Origin: Myxococcota bacterium
GTDB lineage: Bacteria > Myxococcota_A > UBA9160 > SZUA-336
NCBI GenBank assembly: GCA_035499075.1
Contig: DATJZN010000022.1
Coordinates: 1,240-65,239, forward strand
Direction of reading: 5' to 3'
Length of the DNA: 64,000 bases
The translations under genes were made by a program, and so were the position numbers. Shown in pieces: positions 10,866 to 24,722 of the stretch (the first letter of the stretch is position 1; every line of letters starts with the position of its first letter). The notes under the pieces were generated by a model. The model was given only the letters and a program-made list of their open reading frames with translations, was not told where the DNA came from and did not search any database.

Positions 10866-11492
10866 TTGGCACGTTACAACGACTCCGTCTGTCGCCTCTG
10901 CCGCCGCGAGGGGATGAAGCTGTTCCTGAAGGGGGACCGCTGCTTCTCCGACAAGTGCTCGATCGAGCGGCGCAACTATCCGCCGGGCCAGCACGGCCAG
11001 GGCCGGCCCAAGTTCTCGGACTACGGCATGCAGCTGCGCGAGAAGCAGAAGGTGCGCCGCATCTACGGGATCCTCGAGCGCCAGTTCCGCAAGACGGTCG
11101 CCGAGGCCGCGAAGCTGAAGGGCGTGAAGGGCGAGAACTTGATGGCGTTGCTCGAGCGGCGGCTCGACAACGTCGTGTTCCGGCTCGGCTTCGTGACCTC
11201 GCGCTCCGAGGCGCGTCAGCTCGTGCGCCACGGCCACTTCAAGGTGAACGGCAAGCGCGTGGACGTGCCGTCCTACCGCGTGCGCAAGGGCGACAAGATC
11301 GAGCTCACCGCGCGCGGGCAGAAGGCGGCGCGGATCGAGGGCGCGCTCGCCGCGCTCGAGACGCGCAGCATCCCGAGCTGGCTCTCGGTGGACAAGGATC
11401 AGAAGCAGGGCACCATTCTCGCGGACCCGGTCCGCGAAGAGCTCACACTCCCCATCCAGGAGCAGCTGATCATCGAGCTCTACTCGCGCTGA
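10866..11492 (+). CDS. rpsD: 30S ribosomal protein S4
   Basis: 208 aa, TTG start preceded by [20 protein letters not shown]... canonical. Confidence 0.97.
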   Translation: MARYNDSVCRLCRREGMKLFLKGDRCFSDKCSIERRNYPPGQHGQGRPKFSDYGMQLREKQKVRRIYGILERQFRKTVAEAAKLKGVKGENLMALLERRLDNVVFRLGFVTSRSEARQLVRHGHFKVNGKRVDVPSYRVRKGDKIELTARGQKAARIEGALAALETRSIPSWLSVDKDQKQGTILADPVREELTLPIQEQLIIELYSR

Positions 11493-11535
11493 GCTGCCCC
11501 CGGCTCGCGCGCACCCAGACAAGTTTGGAGGTCCC

Positions 11536-12561
<1,026 letters not shown>

Positions 12562-12562
12562 C

Positions 12563-12589
12563 CAGCGCGCGGGTAGGGTGCCCGCGCGC
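12563..12589 (+). other. GC-rich hairpin between rpoA and rplQ (10-bp stem, 7-nt loop)
   Basis: AGCGCGCGGG tagggtg CCCGCGCGCT starts 2 nt after the rpoA stop. There is no T-tract, so it is a possible attenuator or processing site. Confidence 0.35.
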
Positions 12590-12618
12590 TCCGCAAGAAC
12601 TCAGTTGGAACCGCCACG

Positions 12619-13008
12619 ATGCACCATCGCAAAGACCACCGAAAGCTCTCGCGCAACACGGCGCATCGCACCGCGATGCTGCGCAACCTCGTGACCTCTC
12701 TGTTCGAGCACGAGGAGGTGCGCACCACCACCGCGAAGGCCAAGGAGGTGCGGCGCGTCGCCGAGAAGATGATCACGCTCGGCAAGGAAGGCACGCTCGC
12801 GGCGCGCCGACGTGCCCTCGCGACGATCCGCAGCCGCGAGATCGCGGCGAAGGTGTTCGGCGAGCTCGCGGAGCGCTACGGCAAGCGAGCGGGCGGCTAC
12901 ACGCGCCAGCTCAAGCTCGGCCCGCGCCACGGCGACAACGCCGAGCTCTCCATCGTCCAGCTCGTCGACGCCCGCAAGCCGGGCGCGGAGGCAGACGCCA
13001 AGAGTTGA
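12619..13008 (+). CDS. rplQ: 50S ribosomal protein L17
   Basis: 129 aa, [17 protein letters not shown] canonical L17 start. Confidence 0.98.
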   Translation: MHHRKDHRKLSRNTAHRTAMLRNLVTSLFEHEEVRTTTAKAKEVRRVAEKMITLGKEGTLAARRRALATIRSREIAAKVFGELAERYGKRAGGYTRQLKLGPRHGDNAELSIVQLVDARKPGAEADAKS

Positions 13009-13589
13009 CCCGGCCCGGGAGAGGAACGCTTTCCCTCCTGTTCGTCGCGGCACTGTTCGCGGTGGGCGTCGGCGCGTACACGGTGCTCCGGCCGCCTCCG
13101 GCGCCCGCGCTGCGCACGGGCTCGGCCGCGCCCGAGTTCTCGCTGCCCTTGCACGGCGCGCCCGGCGAAGTCTCGCTCGCGTCGGTCCGTGGCAAGGTCG
13201 TGTTCGTGAACTTCTGGGCCACGTGGTGCCCGCCGTGCGCGGCCGAGGCGCCGTCGCTCGAGCGCCTGTACCAGCAGCTCCGCGCCGACGGCTTCGAGGT
13301 GCTCGCCATCTCGGTCGACAAGCCCGAGGACGCCGCGGCGATCGACAAGTTCCGCGCCGACTACGCCCTCGACTTCCCCATCCCGTTGGACCCCCACCGC
13401 CAGGTCTACGACGCCTACCAGGTGGCCGGCCTGCCCGAGACGTTCCTGGTGGACCGCTCCGGCCAGCTGCTCGAGCACTTCGTGGGCCCTCAGAATTGGG
13501 ACGACCCGCGCTATCTTCGGGCGATCCGGCGCGCGCTGGGGGCGCGCGCGGTGGAGCCGAACGACTCGGGGGGGAGCTCGGGTGAGTGA
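13005..13589 (+). CDS. TlpA/ResA-like thiol:disulfide oxidoreductase (membrane anchored)
   Basis: Thioredoxin-fold motif FWATWCPPC with an N-terminal TM ([15 protein letters not shown]). The TTG 13005 start overlapping the rplQ stop is a guess. In frame with track ORF 12267..13589. Confidence 0.8.
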   Translation: MTRPGRGTLSLLFVAALFAVGVGAYTVLRPPPAPALRTGSAAPEFSLPLHGAPGEVSLASVRGKVVFVNFWATWCPPCAAEAPSLERLYQQLRADGFEVLAISVDKPEDAAAIDKFRADYALDFPIPLDPHRQVYDAYQVAGLPETFLVDRSGQLLEHFVGPQNWDDPRYLRAIRRALGARAVEPNDSGGSSGE

Positions 13590-13911
13590 GTCCGAGGCAG
13601 CGTCGGGCCTGCCGCGCCGGCGCGGCTGGCTCTGGATCGGGCCGCTGGCGGCCCTGGCGGGCGCGGCATTCGCGCTCTTCTACGACTCCGAGAACGGCCT
13701 GCGGGCGATGTTCCGGGTCCAGGACGAGCTGGGCCGGTCGCAGCTGCGGATCGGCCGGCTGATGGACGAGCGGGCGGAGCTCTCCGGACGCGCCGACCGG
13801 CTCCGCGCCGACTCGTTCGAGATCGAGCGCGTGGCGCGCGAGTCGCTGGGCATGGTTCGGCCCGGCGAGATCGTGATCCGGCTGCGCGGCGGCCCCTCCG
13901 AGGGCAATTGA
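13582..13911 (+). CDS. ftsB: Septum formation initiator FtsB/DivIC family protein
   Basis: 109 aa with one TM, a coiled coil, and ERVARESLGMVRPGE, which is typical of FtsB. Confidence 0.8.
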   Translation: MSESEAASGLPRRRGWLWIGPLAALAGAAFALFYDSENGLRAMFRVQDELGRSQLRIGRLMDERAELSGRADRLRADSFEIERVARESLGMVRPGEIVIRLRGGPSEGN

Positions 13912-13944
13912 CCCGAGCGCCCGGCCGGGCTACCCGAGAGTCCC

Positions 13945-15612
13945 ATGCGTGACGAGGTCGACAAGCTTTTGCGCGAGGCCGCCGCGCGGGTGCTCCGCGA
14001 GCACGCGCCGGAGTCGCTGGACCTCGTGGCGAGCCTGTCGGTCGTTCCGCCCAAGACGGCCGAGCACGGCGACTTCGCGAGCAATGCGGCTCTGGTGCTG
14101 GCCAAGGCGCTGCGCCGGCCCCCGCGCGAGGTCGCGCAGCTGCTGCAGGCGGTGCTCGGCGACGGCGGCGGCGCGCTCGAGCGCACCGAGATCGCGGGCC
14201 CCGGCTTCCTGAACGTCTTCCTGTCGCGGTCGCGCTGGCGCGCAGCGATCGCGCGCGTGCTGCACGAGGGCGCGAGCTTCGGCCGCAGCGCCGTGGGCGC
14301 GGGGAGCGAGGTCATGGTCGAGTTCGTGTCCGCGAACCCGACCGGTCCGCTCACGATCGGACACGGGCGCAATGCGGTGCTCGGCGACTGCATCGCGCGC
14401 CTGCTCGAAGCGATCGGCCACAAGGTCGTGCGCGAGTACTATTTCAACGACGCCGGCCGGCAGATGCGCGTGCTCGCGCAGTCGCTGCGCGCGCGCTACC
14501 TGCAGTGTCTCGGCGACGCCGCCGAGCTTCCCGAAGAAGGCTACCAGGGCGAGTATCTCGTCGAGATCGCACGCGCGCTCGCCGTGGAAGTCGGCGCAGA
14601 CTGGCGCGACGCCGACGAAGCGCGCTTCAAGGCGCGCGCCACCGAGGCGATCTTCGCCGACATCGAGCGCACGCTCGTCCACCTGGGCGTGCGCTTCGAT
14701 TCGTACTTCAACGAGCACACCCTGTTCGAGCGCAAGCTGGTCGACCGCGCGCTCGCCGACCTGCGCGGGCGCGGCGTCGTGTTCGAGCAGGACGGCGCCA
14801 CGTGGCTGCGCTCCACGGGCTTCGGGCTCGAGCGCGACCGCGTGCTGGTGAAGTCGAGCGGCGAGGCGACGTACCTCTTGCCCGACGTGGCGTACCACCG
14901 CGAGTCGCTGGCGCGCGGGCTCGCGCGGATCATCGACGTGCTCGGCCCCGACCACATCGCGCAGTTCCCATACGTGCGCGCGGCGGTGGCGTCGCTCGGC
15001 GGCGACGCCGAGAAGATCGAGCTCGTGATGTACCAGTGGGTGAATCTGCGCCGCGGCGGCGAGCTCGTGAAGATGTCGACGCGGAAGGCCTCGTTCGTGA
15101 CGGTGGACGAGATCCTGTCCGAGGTGGGGCGCGACGTATTTCGCTACTTCATGGTCGAGCGGCGCGCGGACACGCACCTCGACTTCGACGTCGAGCTCGC
15201 CGTCGAGCGCTCGGAGCGCAACCCCGTGTTCAAGATCCAGTACGCGCACGCGCGCCTCTGCAGCATCGCGCGCAAGGCGGGCGAGGCGGGGCTCGCACTG
15301 GGCGACGACCCGCGCGCTCTCGCGCTGGAGCGAATCGACGCGCCCGAGGAGATCGAGCTCGCCAAGCTCGTCGAGCGCTTCCCCGACACGGTGCTGCACG
15401 CGGCGCAGGCGCGCGAGCCGCAGGAGGTCGCGCGGTACCTGTTGGAGCTCGCGAACGCCTTCAACGCCTACATCTCGGACGGCAAGCGACACCGTGTGGT
15501 GTCGGACGACCGCGAGCTGTCGCTGGCGCGCCTGGCACTCGTCTCCGCCGTGCGCACCGCGCTGGCGAACGGGCTCGCTCTGCTCGGGGTCCAGGCCCCG
15601 GAACGGATGTGA
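13945..15612 (+). CDS. argS: Arginine--tRNA ligase
   Basis: 555 aa, class I signatures (ANPTGPLTIGHGRN, KMSTRK) and a typical C-terminal M. Confidence 0.97.
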   Translation: MRDEVDKLLREAAARVLREHAPESLDLVASLSVVPPKTAEHGDFASNAALVLAKALRRPPREVAQLLQAVLGDGGGALERTEIAGPGFLNVFLSRSRWRAAIARVLHEGASFGRSAVGAGSEVMVEFVSANPTGPLTIGHGRNAVLGDCIARLLEAIGHKVVREYYFNDAGRQMRVLAQSLRARYLQCLGDAAELPEEGYQGEYLVEIARALAVEVGADWRDADEARFKARATEAIFADIERTLVHLGVRFDSYFNEHTLFERKLVDRALADLRGRGVVFEQDGATWLRSTGFGLERDRVLVKSSGEATYLLPDVAYHRESLARGLARIIDVLGPDHIAQFPYVRAAVASLGGDAEKIELVMYQWVNLRRGGELVKMSTRKASFVTVDEILSEVGRDVFRYFMVERRADTHLDFDVELAVERSERNPVFKIQYAHARLCSIARKAGEAGLALGDDPRALALERIDAPEEIELAKLVERFPDTVLHAAQAREPQEVARYLLELANAFNAYISDGKRHRVVSDDRELSLARLALVSAVRTALANGLALLGVQAPERM

Positions 15613-15613
15613 C

Positions 15614-16270
15614 ATGACGGAACGCGAAGAGGAGCCGCGCCGCAGCAAGTCGCGCTCGCGTGGCCCCGGCCCGGCCCGCTACCTGTACGGCGCGTTGCTC
15701 GTGGCGATCGGTGCGTGCGTGGGAATCGTGATCGGCTCGGTGTCCGACACACCGCGGCTGCTGCTGGAGCGCATGCGCGGGCCGGTCGAGACCGTCGACG
15801 TGGGCGCGCCGGCGTCCGTGGCGGCGCCCGAGCCGGAAGCCGCGCCGAAGGCGGCAGCCCCGCTCGAGGCCTTCGGCGAGCTGCAGAACGGCAAGCCCGT
15901 CGCCGCCGCCGCGCCTCCGGCGGCCCCGCCCGTGTCGAGCCCGCCGCCGCCCGCCAAGCCGGCGCCGGTACCCGCCAAGCCCGCCGCGGCCCCGAAGCCG
16001 CCCGCCGCCGCGGCGACGCTGCCGCCGGCTGCGCCTGCACCGGCGAGCGGGAAGTCGGTCGTGCAGGTGCTGTCGCTCGCCGAGCGCGCGCAGGCCGACG
16101 CCCTCGTCACCCGGCTCAAGTCGCAGGGCTTCCAACCGTATCTGGTACCGATGCCCGACAAGAGCGGCCGCTTCCGCGTGCGCGTGCGCCCCGGCGCGGG
16201 GCAGAGCGTCGCCGAGCTCGAGCAGAAGCTGCGCGGGCTGGGCATGAAGACCTGGATCACCGCGGAGTGA
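15614..16270 (+). CDS. SPOR domain-containing membrane protein
   Basis: ATG 15614. Has a TM, a long Pro/Ala linker, and a C-terminal SPOR-like fold (VVQVLSLAERAQADALVTRLKSQGF...FRVRVRPG). An argS-SPOR pairing is common in proteobacteria. Confidence 0.8.
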   Translation: MTEREEEPRRSKSRSRGPGPARYLYGALLVAIGACVGIVIGSVSDTPRLLLERMRGPVETVDVGAPASVAAPEPEAAPKAAAPLEAFGELQNGKPVAAAAPPAAPPVSSPPPPAKPAPVPAKPAAAPKPPAAAATLPPAAPAPASGKSVVQVLSLAERAQADALVTRLKSQGFQPYLVPMPDKSGRFRVRVRPGAGQSVAELEQKLRGLGMKTWITAE

Positions 16271-17142
16271 GCGCACCCGTGGGACCGCGTCGCTGGCTCG
16301 TGACCGGTGCGGGCGGACAGCTCGGCCGCGCTCTCCTCGCGGAGGCGCGCGCGCAGGACGTGCACGCCGTGGGCCTGTCGCGCGCCGAGCTCGACGTCGC
16401 CGACGCCGACGCAGTGAAGCGCGCGCTCGACCGCGCGCAGCCCGACGCGGTGCTGAACTGCGCTGCATTCACGGCCGTGGACCGCTGCGAGACGGAGCAG
16501 GCCGCCGCGGAGCGCGCGAACGCCTTCGCGCCGGGACTGCTCGCGCAGGCGTGCCGCGGGGCGGCGGTGCTCGTGCACGTCTCGACCGACTACGTGTTCG
16601 ACGGCCGCGCCTCGCGGCCGCTCGCCGAGGACGCTCCGACCCGACCCATTTCGGTGTACGGCCGCACGAAGCTTGCCGGCGAGCAGGCGGTGCGCGCCGC
16701 CGGCGGCGAGCACCTGATCGTGCGCACGCAGTGGGTGTTCGGCCAGGGTGCGAACTTCGTGCGCACGATCGTGCGCGCCGCAGGGCAGCAGAGCTCGCTC
16801 CGCGTGGTGGAAGACCAGCTCGGGCGTCCCACGTGGGCGACGTCGCTCGCGCAGGGCATTGCCGCCGCACTGCGCGCGAGCGCGCGCGGCACCCTGCACC
16901 TCGCGAACGAGGGCACGGCGTCGTTCTTCGATCTCGCCTGTGCGGCCGTCGAAGAGGGCGCGCGGCGCGGCCTGTGCCCGAACGTGCCGGTGCACGCGAT
17001 CCCGACCTCGGACATGCCGCGCCCGGCCGAGCGGCCGCTCTACGGGATTCTCGGGCTCGCGCGCGCGCGCTCGCTCGGGATCTCGCTGCCGCACTGGCGC
17101 GCGGCGCTCGCGAGTCACTTCGCTTCGGATGGAGTCGCCTAG
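16267..17142 (+). CDS. rfbD: dTDP-4-dehydrorhamnose reductase-like SDR
   Basis: WLVTGAGGQLG Rossmann motif, STDYVFDG, and YGRTK catalytic motif. Start is GTG 16267 or 16279. In frame with track ORF 15715..17142. Confidence 0.85.
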   Translation: MSAPVGPRRWLVTGAGGQLGRALLAEARAQDVHAVGLSRAELDVADADAVKRALDRAQPDAVLNCAAFTAVDRCETEQAAAERANAFAPGLLAQACRGAAVLVHVSTDYVFDGRASRPLAEDAPTRPISVYGRTKLAGEQAVRAAGGEHLIVRTQWVFGQGANFVRTIVRAAGQQSSLRVVEDQLGRPTWATSLAQGIAAALRASARGTLHLANEGTASFFDLACAAVEEGARRGLCPNVPVHAIPTSDMPRPAERPLYGILGLARARSLGISLPHWRAALASHFASDGVA

Positions 17143-18086
17143 ATGCCCAGAGCGCTCATCACCGGCGGCTCGGGCTTCATCGGCTCGCACCTGTGCCGGC
17201 GCTTCCTCGCCGACGGCTGGAGCGTGGTGTGCATGGACAGCCTGCTCACGGGCCGGCTCGAGAACATCGAGGACCTGTTCGGGAAGCCGGGCTTCCGCTT
17301 CGTGCGCCACGACGTCACGAGCTTCATCCACGTGCCCGAGCCGCTGGACGCCGTGCTGCACTTCGCGTCGCCGGCCAGCCCGATCGACTTCGAACGCCTG
17401 CCGATCCAGATCCTGAAGGTCGGCGCGCTCGGCACGCACAACGCGCTCGGCGTGGCCAAGGCGAAGAACGCGCGGTTCCTGCTGGCCTCCACTTCGGAGT
17501 GTTACGGCGACCCCGAAGTGAATCCGCAGCCCGAGTCCTACTGGGGCAACGTGAACCCCGTCGGCATCCGCGGCGTGTACGACGAGGCGAAGCGCTTCGC
17601 CGAAGCGATGACCATGGCCTACCACCGCTACCACGGCGTCGACGTGCGCATCGTGCGCATCTTCAACACGTACGGCCCCGGCATGCGCCCCGACGACGGC
17701 CGCATGATCCCCGCCTTCTTCATGCAGGCGCTGCGCGGCGAGGACCTGACGGTCTTCGGCGAAGGGCTGCAGACGCGCAGCATCCAGTTCGTCTCCGACC
17801 TCGTCGACGGCATCGTGCGGCTGCTCGCCGCGTCGCACGTGGGCCCCGTGAACATCGGGAACCCGCGCGAGTTCACGGTCATCGAGGTCGCGAAGATGAT
17901 CCTCGGCGTGACCGGCGGGAAGAGCCGCATCGTCCACCGCGAGCTGCCACCCGACGACCCGAAGCAGCGCCGGCCCGACATCTCGCTGGCGAAGCGCGTG
18001 CTCGGCTGGGAGCCGAAGGTGTCGCCCGAAGATGGCTTGCGCCAGACCCTGCCGTTCTTCGTGGCCGAGCACGAGCGCACGCGCTC

Positions 18087-18090
<4 letters not shown>
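17143..18090 (+). CDS. UDP-glucuronate decarboxylase (UDP-xylose synthase)-like SDR
   Basis: 315 aa with [18 protein letters not shown] and YDEAKR motifs characteristic of the UXS/ArnA-decarboxylase family. Confidence 0.85.
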
Positions 18091-19892
<1,802 letters not shown>

Positions 19893-19903
19893 GAGGTCGG
19901 GCT

Positions 19904-20728
19904 TTGGCGAAGGCGAAGGAGGCCGACGCGGACGAGAAGGAACAGCCCGCGGCCAAGCCGCGCTTCGAGACGCTGCGCGCCGTGTTCTGGGCGGCGGTCA
20001 TCGCGCTCGCGATCCGCTCGTTCGTCGTCGAGCCGTTCAAGATCCCGTCGGGCTCGATGATCCCGACGCTCCTGGTCGGCGACTACGTGCTCGTGAACAA
20101 GTTCGCCTACGGCGTGCGCCTGCCGTTCACGGGGACGCTGCTCGTCCCCGTGGGCAAGCCGAAGCGCGGCGACGTGATGGTGTTCCGCTACCCGGATGAC
20201 CCGAGCCAGGACTTCATCAAGCGCCTGATCGGGATGCCGGGCGACAAGATCGAGATCAAGGACCGGCGCCTCTACATCAACGACAAGCTCGTCGAGCGCG
20301 ATTCCCAGGGCGAGTACCTGTACCCGTCCGGCGACTTGTCCGAGCCCCGCTCCGCGGAGCGTTTCCTCGAACACAACCCCGAGGGCGTGGAGTACACGGT
20401 GCTGCAGTTCGAGCCGGAGAACTTGCAGGGCCACGGCGCCGAGCCCACGGGGCCGTGGATCGTGCCCGAGGGCCAGTACTTCATGATGGGCGACAACCGC
20501 GACAACTCCGCGGACAGCCGGCGCTGGCGACACACTTTTGTGACACCCGAGGCGATCAAAGGCAAGGCGTTCATGATCCACTGGTCCTGGGTGATCGCGC
20601 CGAACGACCGCGCGCAGCGCAGCTTCATCGGCGACCTGCTCTTCACCCTGTGGCGCGTAGTGACGTTCCAGGTCGAGGAGATCCGCTGGGGCAGGATCGG
20701 CCACCGGGTGTCGGGGCCGGCGGACTAG
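19904..20728 (+). CDS. lepB: Signal peptidase I
   Basis: TTG 19904 lies 8 nt after AGGAGG. SGSM Ser box, KRLIGMPGD Lys box, GDNRDNSADSR. In frame with track ORF 18032..20728. Confidence 0.93.
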   Translation: MAKAKEADADEKEQPAAKPRFETLRAVFWAAVIALAIRSFVVEPFKIPSGSMIPTLLVGDYVLVNKFAYGVRLPFTGTLLVPVGKPKRGDVMVFRYPDDPSQDFIKRLIGMPGDKIEIKDRRLYINDKLVERDSQGEYLYPSGDLSEPRSAERFLEHNPEGVEYTVLQFEPENLQGHGAEPTGPWIVPEGQYFMMGDNRDNSADSRRWRHTFVTPEAIKGKAFMIHWSWVIAPNDRAQRSFIGDLLFTLWRVVTFQVEEIRWGRIGHRVSGPAD

Positions 20729-20740
20729 GTGCGCTTTGCA

Positions 20741-20769
20741 TTGACGGCGGCGGGGGGGTCGGATAGCCT
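20741..20769 (+). promoter_or_regulatory. Candidate sigma70-type promoter of the pyr operon
   Basis: TTGACG (20741-20746), 17-nt spacer, TAGCCT (20764-20769). Confidence 0.3.
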
Positions 20770-20786
20770 GCGCGCCGACTCCTGAT

Positions 20787-20819
20787 CCTTTTAAGCCCAT
20801 CCCGCGAGGTGGGCAAAGG
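20787..20819 (+). promoter_or_regulatory. PyrR binding-loop-like RNA hairpin in the pyrR leader
   Basis: Lower stem CCTTT/AAAGG, 5' bulge TAA, upper stem GCCCA/TGGGC, loop TCCCGCGAGG (compare the PyrR consensus UCCAGAGAGG). The 3' arm ends 8 nt before ATG 20828. Confidence 0.5.
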
Positions 20820-20827
20820 CGCACGCG

Positions 20828-21409
20828 ATGTCCCCAGCCGACCCGCAGCACGCTTCCGCCACGGCCGCGAGCACCGCGGAGGCCACGGGTGGCCGCGTCG
20901 TGCTGGATGCACAGGGAATCCAACGCGCCACCACGCGGATTGCCCACGAGATCCTCGAGCGCAATCCCGGTGCCGAAGACCTGTGCCTGGTCGCGATCGT
21001 GCGCGGCGGGCAGCCGGTGGCCGAGCTCGTCGGGAAGCAGCTGGCGGAGCTGGCGGGCCGCGCAGTCCCGGCGGGCGCGCTCGACATCACGCTGTACCGG
21101 GACGACGTGGTCGCCCGCGGCGTTCGGCCCATGCCGCGGCCGACGCGCATGCCGTTCTCGGTCGAGGGGAAGCGCGTCGTCCTCGTCGACGACGTGATGT
21201 TCACCGGCCGCACCGTGCGCGCGGCGATGGACGCGGTGCTCGACTTCGGCAGGCCCGCGGCGATCCAGGTCGCCGTGCTGGTGGACCGCGGGCACCGCGA
21301 GCTGCCCATCAAGGTCGACTTCGTCGGGAAGAACATCCCGACCTCGCGCGTGGAACGGGTGGTGCTGCGCGCGCGGCCGGACGGCGAGCTGGAGGTCGCG
21401 GTCGTATGA
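20828..21409 (+). CDS. pyrR: Bifunctional pyrimidine operon regulator / uracil phosphoribosyltransferase PyrR
   Basis: 193 aa with PRPP motif [13 protein letters not shown] and DITLYRDD. An alternative GTG start exists at 20900. Confidence 0.93.
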   Translation: MSPADPQHASATAASTAEATGGRVVLDAQGIQRATTRIAHEILERNPGAEDLCLVAIVRGGQPVAELVGKQLAELAGRAVPAGALDITLYRDDVVARGVRPMPRPTRMPFSVEGKRVVLVDDVMFTGRTVRAAMDAVLDFGRPAAIQVAVLVDRGHRELPIKVDFVGKNIPTSRVERVVLRARPDGELEVAVV

Positions 21410-22317
21410 GACACCTGCTCGGCATCGAGGAGATGAGCCGCGCCGACATCGAGCGCGTGCTCGAAACGTCGGAGGCGATGCTCGAGATCTCGCAGCGCGA
21501 GATCAAGCGCGTGCCGACGCTGCGCGGGCGCACGGTCATCAACGTCTTCCTCGAAGCTTCGACGCGCACGCGCGTCAGCTTCGAGATTGCGGCGAAACGC
21601 CTTTCGGCCGATGCGATCAACGTGACGCGCTCGGGGTCGAGCCTGTCGAAGGCCGAGACGCTCGCCGACATGGCGCGCAATCTGGCCGCGATGAGCGCCG
21701 ACGTGTTGGTGGTGCGCGACTCGACCGCCGGCGTGCCGCACATGCTGGCCGAGCGCGTGCGCGTGCCGGTAGTGAACGCGGGCGACGGCTGCCACGAGCA
21801 CCCGACGCAGGCGCTGCTCGACGCGTTCACGCTGCGCCAGTCGCTCGGCTCGCTGGAGAACCGCGTGATCGCGATCGTGGGTGACATCTCGCACAGCCGC
21901 GTCGCACGCTCCGACATCCACTGCTTCACGAAGCTCGGCGCCGAGGTGCGCGTGGCGGGTCCGCCGACCATGATGCCCGCCGGCATCGAGGCGCTCGGCG
22001 TGAAGCCGTGCTTCTCGCTCGAGCAAGCGCTCGCGGGTGCGGACGTGATCGTCATGCTGCGCATCCAGCAGGAACGGCTGGACGGCGCGCTCTTCCCGTC
22101 GATCCGCGAGTACGCGCGCACGTTCGGGTTGACCCAGCGCACGCTCGCGCTCGCGAAGCCCGACGCGATCGTGCTGCACCCCGGGCCGATCAACCGCGGC
22201 GTCGAGATCGCGAGCGACGTCGCCGACGCCGAGCCGTCGCGCATCCTCGACCAGGTGACGAACGGCGTCGCCGTGCGCATGGCGGTGCTCTACCTGCTGA
22301 CGGGGGGCGCGAATTGA
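21406..22317 (+). CDS. pyrB: Aspartate carbamoyltransferase catalytic subunit
   Basis: ATG 21406 overlaps the pyrR stop. STRTR, HPTQ and HPGP motifs present. It is the C-terminal part of track ORF 20809..22317. Confidence 0.96.
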   Translation: MRHLLGIEEMSRADIERVLETSEAMLEISQREIKRVPTLRGRTVINVFLEASTRTRVSFEIAAKRLSADAINVTRSGSSLSKAETLADMARNLAAMSADVLVVRDSTAGVPHMLAERVRVPVVNAGDGCHEHPTQALLDAFTLRQSLGSLENRVIAIVGDISHSRVARSDIHCFTKLGAEVRVAGPPTMMPAGIEALGVKPCFSLEQALAGADVIVMLRIQQERLDGALFPSIREYARTFGLTQRTLALAKPDAIVLHPGPINRGVEIASDVADAEPSRILDQVTNGVAVRMAVLYLLTGGAN

Positions 22318-23606
22318 GCCGGGTTCGCATCCAGGGTGCGCGCATCCTCGATCCGGCGACGGGCCGCGACGAGCTCGGCACGGTCGACCTGGTCGACGAC
22401 CGGATCGAAGCGGTGGGCCGCGAGTCCGCGGGAGTCCCCGACCAGGTGATCGAGGCCGGCGGTCTGTGGCTCATGCCGGGCTTCGTGGACCTGCACGCGC
22501 ACCTGCGGGAGCCGGGGCAGGAGTACAAGGAGGACATCGAAACCGGCACGCGTGCGGCCGCCGCCGGCGGCTACACCACGGTGTGTTGCATGGCGAACAC
22601 CGATCCGGTGAACGATACGCCGGCCGTGACCGAGTACATCCAGCGGCGCGCGCGCGATTCGGCGGTGACCCGCGTGCGCGTGATCGCCGCGGCCACGCAG
22701 GGCCTGCGCGGCGAGATCATGTCCGAGATGGCGAGCCTCGCGCACGCGGGGGCGGTGGCGTTCTCCGACGACGGCGCCGTGATCATGAACGCGGCCGTCA
22801 TGCGCCGCGTGCTCGAGTACGCGCGCGGCATCGGCCGGCCGGTGATCGCGCACTGCGAGGACCTGCACCTGCGCGGCAGCGGCGTGGTGCACGAGGGCGC
22901 GCACGCGACGTGCTGCGGCCTGCCGGGCTCGCCCGCCGAAGCCGAGACGGCGATGGTCGCGCGCGACCTCGAGCTCGCGCGGCTCACGGGTGCGCACCTG
23001 CACGTGGCCCACGTCAGCGCCGCGCGCTCGGTCGAGCTCATCCGCGAGGCGAAGGCCGCGGGCGTGCGCGTGACTGCCGAAGTCACGCCGCACCACCTGT
23101 CGCTCACCGACGAAGCCGTGCGCGGCTTCGACACGAACTTCAAGATGGCGCCGCCGCTGCGCAGCGCGCGCGATCGCGAAGCCCTGCGCGAGGGCCTGGC
23201 GGACGGCACGCTCGACTGCGTCGCGACCGACCACGCGCCGCACGCGCTGTACGAGAAGGACGTCGAGTTCACGGCCGCGCCCTTCGGCGTGGTCGGCTTC
23301 GAGACCGCGCTGCCCGTTGCGCTCGAGCTGGTGCGCGAGGAGCGCCTCACGCCGCTCGAGCTCGCCGACCGGCTGGCCACGCGGCCCGCGCGCGTGCTGG
23401 GCATCCCGGGCGGCACGCTGGAGCCGGGTGGCCCGGCGGACCTCGTACTCGTCGATCCCGAGCGCGTCTGGAAAGTCGACGGCGCGCGGCTCACCTCGCG
23501 CTCCAAGAACTCGGCGTTCCTCGGCCGCGAGCTGCGCGGCCGCGCGCTGCGCACGTGGGTCGGCGGGCGGATCGCATTCGCGCTGGGCGAGGAGGGCGCG
23601 CCGTGA
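22314..23606 (+). CDS. pyrC: Dihydroorotase
   Basis: TTG 22314 overlaps the pyrB stop. [10 protein letters not shown] (HxH) and TDHAPH motifs. 430 aa. Confidence 0.94.
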   Translation: MSRVRIQGARILDPATGRDELGTVDLVDDRIEAVGRESAGVPDQVIEAGGLWLMPGFVDLHAHLREPGQEYKEDIETGTRAAAAGGYTTVCCMANTDPVNDTPAVTEYIQRRARDSAVTRVRVIAAATQGLRGEIMSEMASLAHAGAVAFSDDGAVIMNAAVMRRVLEYARGIGRPVIAHCEDLHLRGSGVVHEGAHATCCGLPGSPAEAETAMVARDLELARLTGAHLHVAHVSAARSVELIREAKAAGVRVTAEVTPHHLSLTDEAVRGFDTNFKMAPPLRSARDREALREGLADGTLDCVATDHAPHALYEKDVEFTAAPFGVVGFETALPVALELVREERLTPLELADRLATRPARVLGIPGGTLEPGGPADLVLVDPERVWKVDGARLTSRSKNSAFLGRELRGRALRTWVGGRIAFALGEEGAP

Positions 23607-24722
23607 AGCCCGCGTACCTGGTGCTGGGCGACGGTACGCTGTACCGCGGTGAGGCGTTCGGCGCCGACGAGGACGGCGAGGGCGAGGTCGTCTTCCACAC
23701 CGGCATGACCGGCTACCAGGAGATCCTCACCGATCCCTCGTACGCGGGGCAGATCGTGTGCATGACGTATCCCGAGATCGGGAACACGGGCTGCAACCCC
23801 GAAGACGAGGAGTCGCGCGGCATCTTCCTGCGGGGTTTCGTCGTCCGCAGCTACAACGAGCGCCCGTCGAACTGGCGGAGCCGCGAGACGCTGCACGACT
23901 ACCTCTTGCGCCACCGCGTGCCCGGCATCAGCGGCATCGACACGCGCGCGCTCGTGCGGCACCTGCGCACCGTCGGCGCGCTGAACGGCGTGCTCGCGCA
24001 CGGCGAGCAGGACGAAGCGAAGCTGCGCGCACGAGCGGCAGCGCTGCCCTCGATGGCGGGGCTGAACCTGGTCGACGGCGTGACCGAGGGCCGCCGCTAC
24101 GAGTGGCGCGAGGGGAACGCGTGGCGCACGCGCGCGCGCGTCCCCGGCAAGCAGCGGCACAGGATCGTCGCGTTCGACTACGGCGTGAAGCGGAACATCC
24201 TGCGCGAGCTCGTCGACGCGGGCTTCGACGTCACCGTCGTGCCGGCGGACACGCCCGCGAAGGACGTGCTCGCGCTGCGCCCCGACGGCGTGTTCCTCGC
24301 GAACGGCCCCGGCGATCCGGCCGCGGTGACCTACGCGATCCCGATCGTGCGCGAGCTGGTCGCTGCGAGGCTGCCCACGTTCGGCATCTGCCTGGGCCAT
24401 CAGATCCTCGGGCTCGCGCTCGGCGGCACCACGAAGAAGCTGCGCTTCGGCCACCACGGCGCGAACCAGCCCGCGCGCGACGAGCAGTCGCGGCGCGTGA
24501 TGATCGCGTCGGAGAACCACGGTTTCGCCGTCGATGCGGACGCCCTGCGCCGCGCGGGCGACGTGGAGATCACGCACCTGAACCTGAACGACGGCACGGT
24601 GGAGGGTCTGCGCCACCGCTCGCTGCCCGTGTTCTCCGTGCAGTACCACCCGGAGGCGTCGCCCGGCCCGCACGACCTGGCGTACCTGTTCGACCGCTTC
24701 CGCGAGCTGATCGAGGCGCCCC

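Noticed and set aside
16551-18086. N-terminal 512 codons of track ORF 16551..19892 (and similarly 18032..19903, 22008..22313, 22466..23602, 33754..35094).
   Set aside because: These are read-through of the real downstream gene frames into upstream genes. The conserved protein N-termini, SD sequences or stop/start overlaps define much shorter genes.
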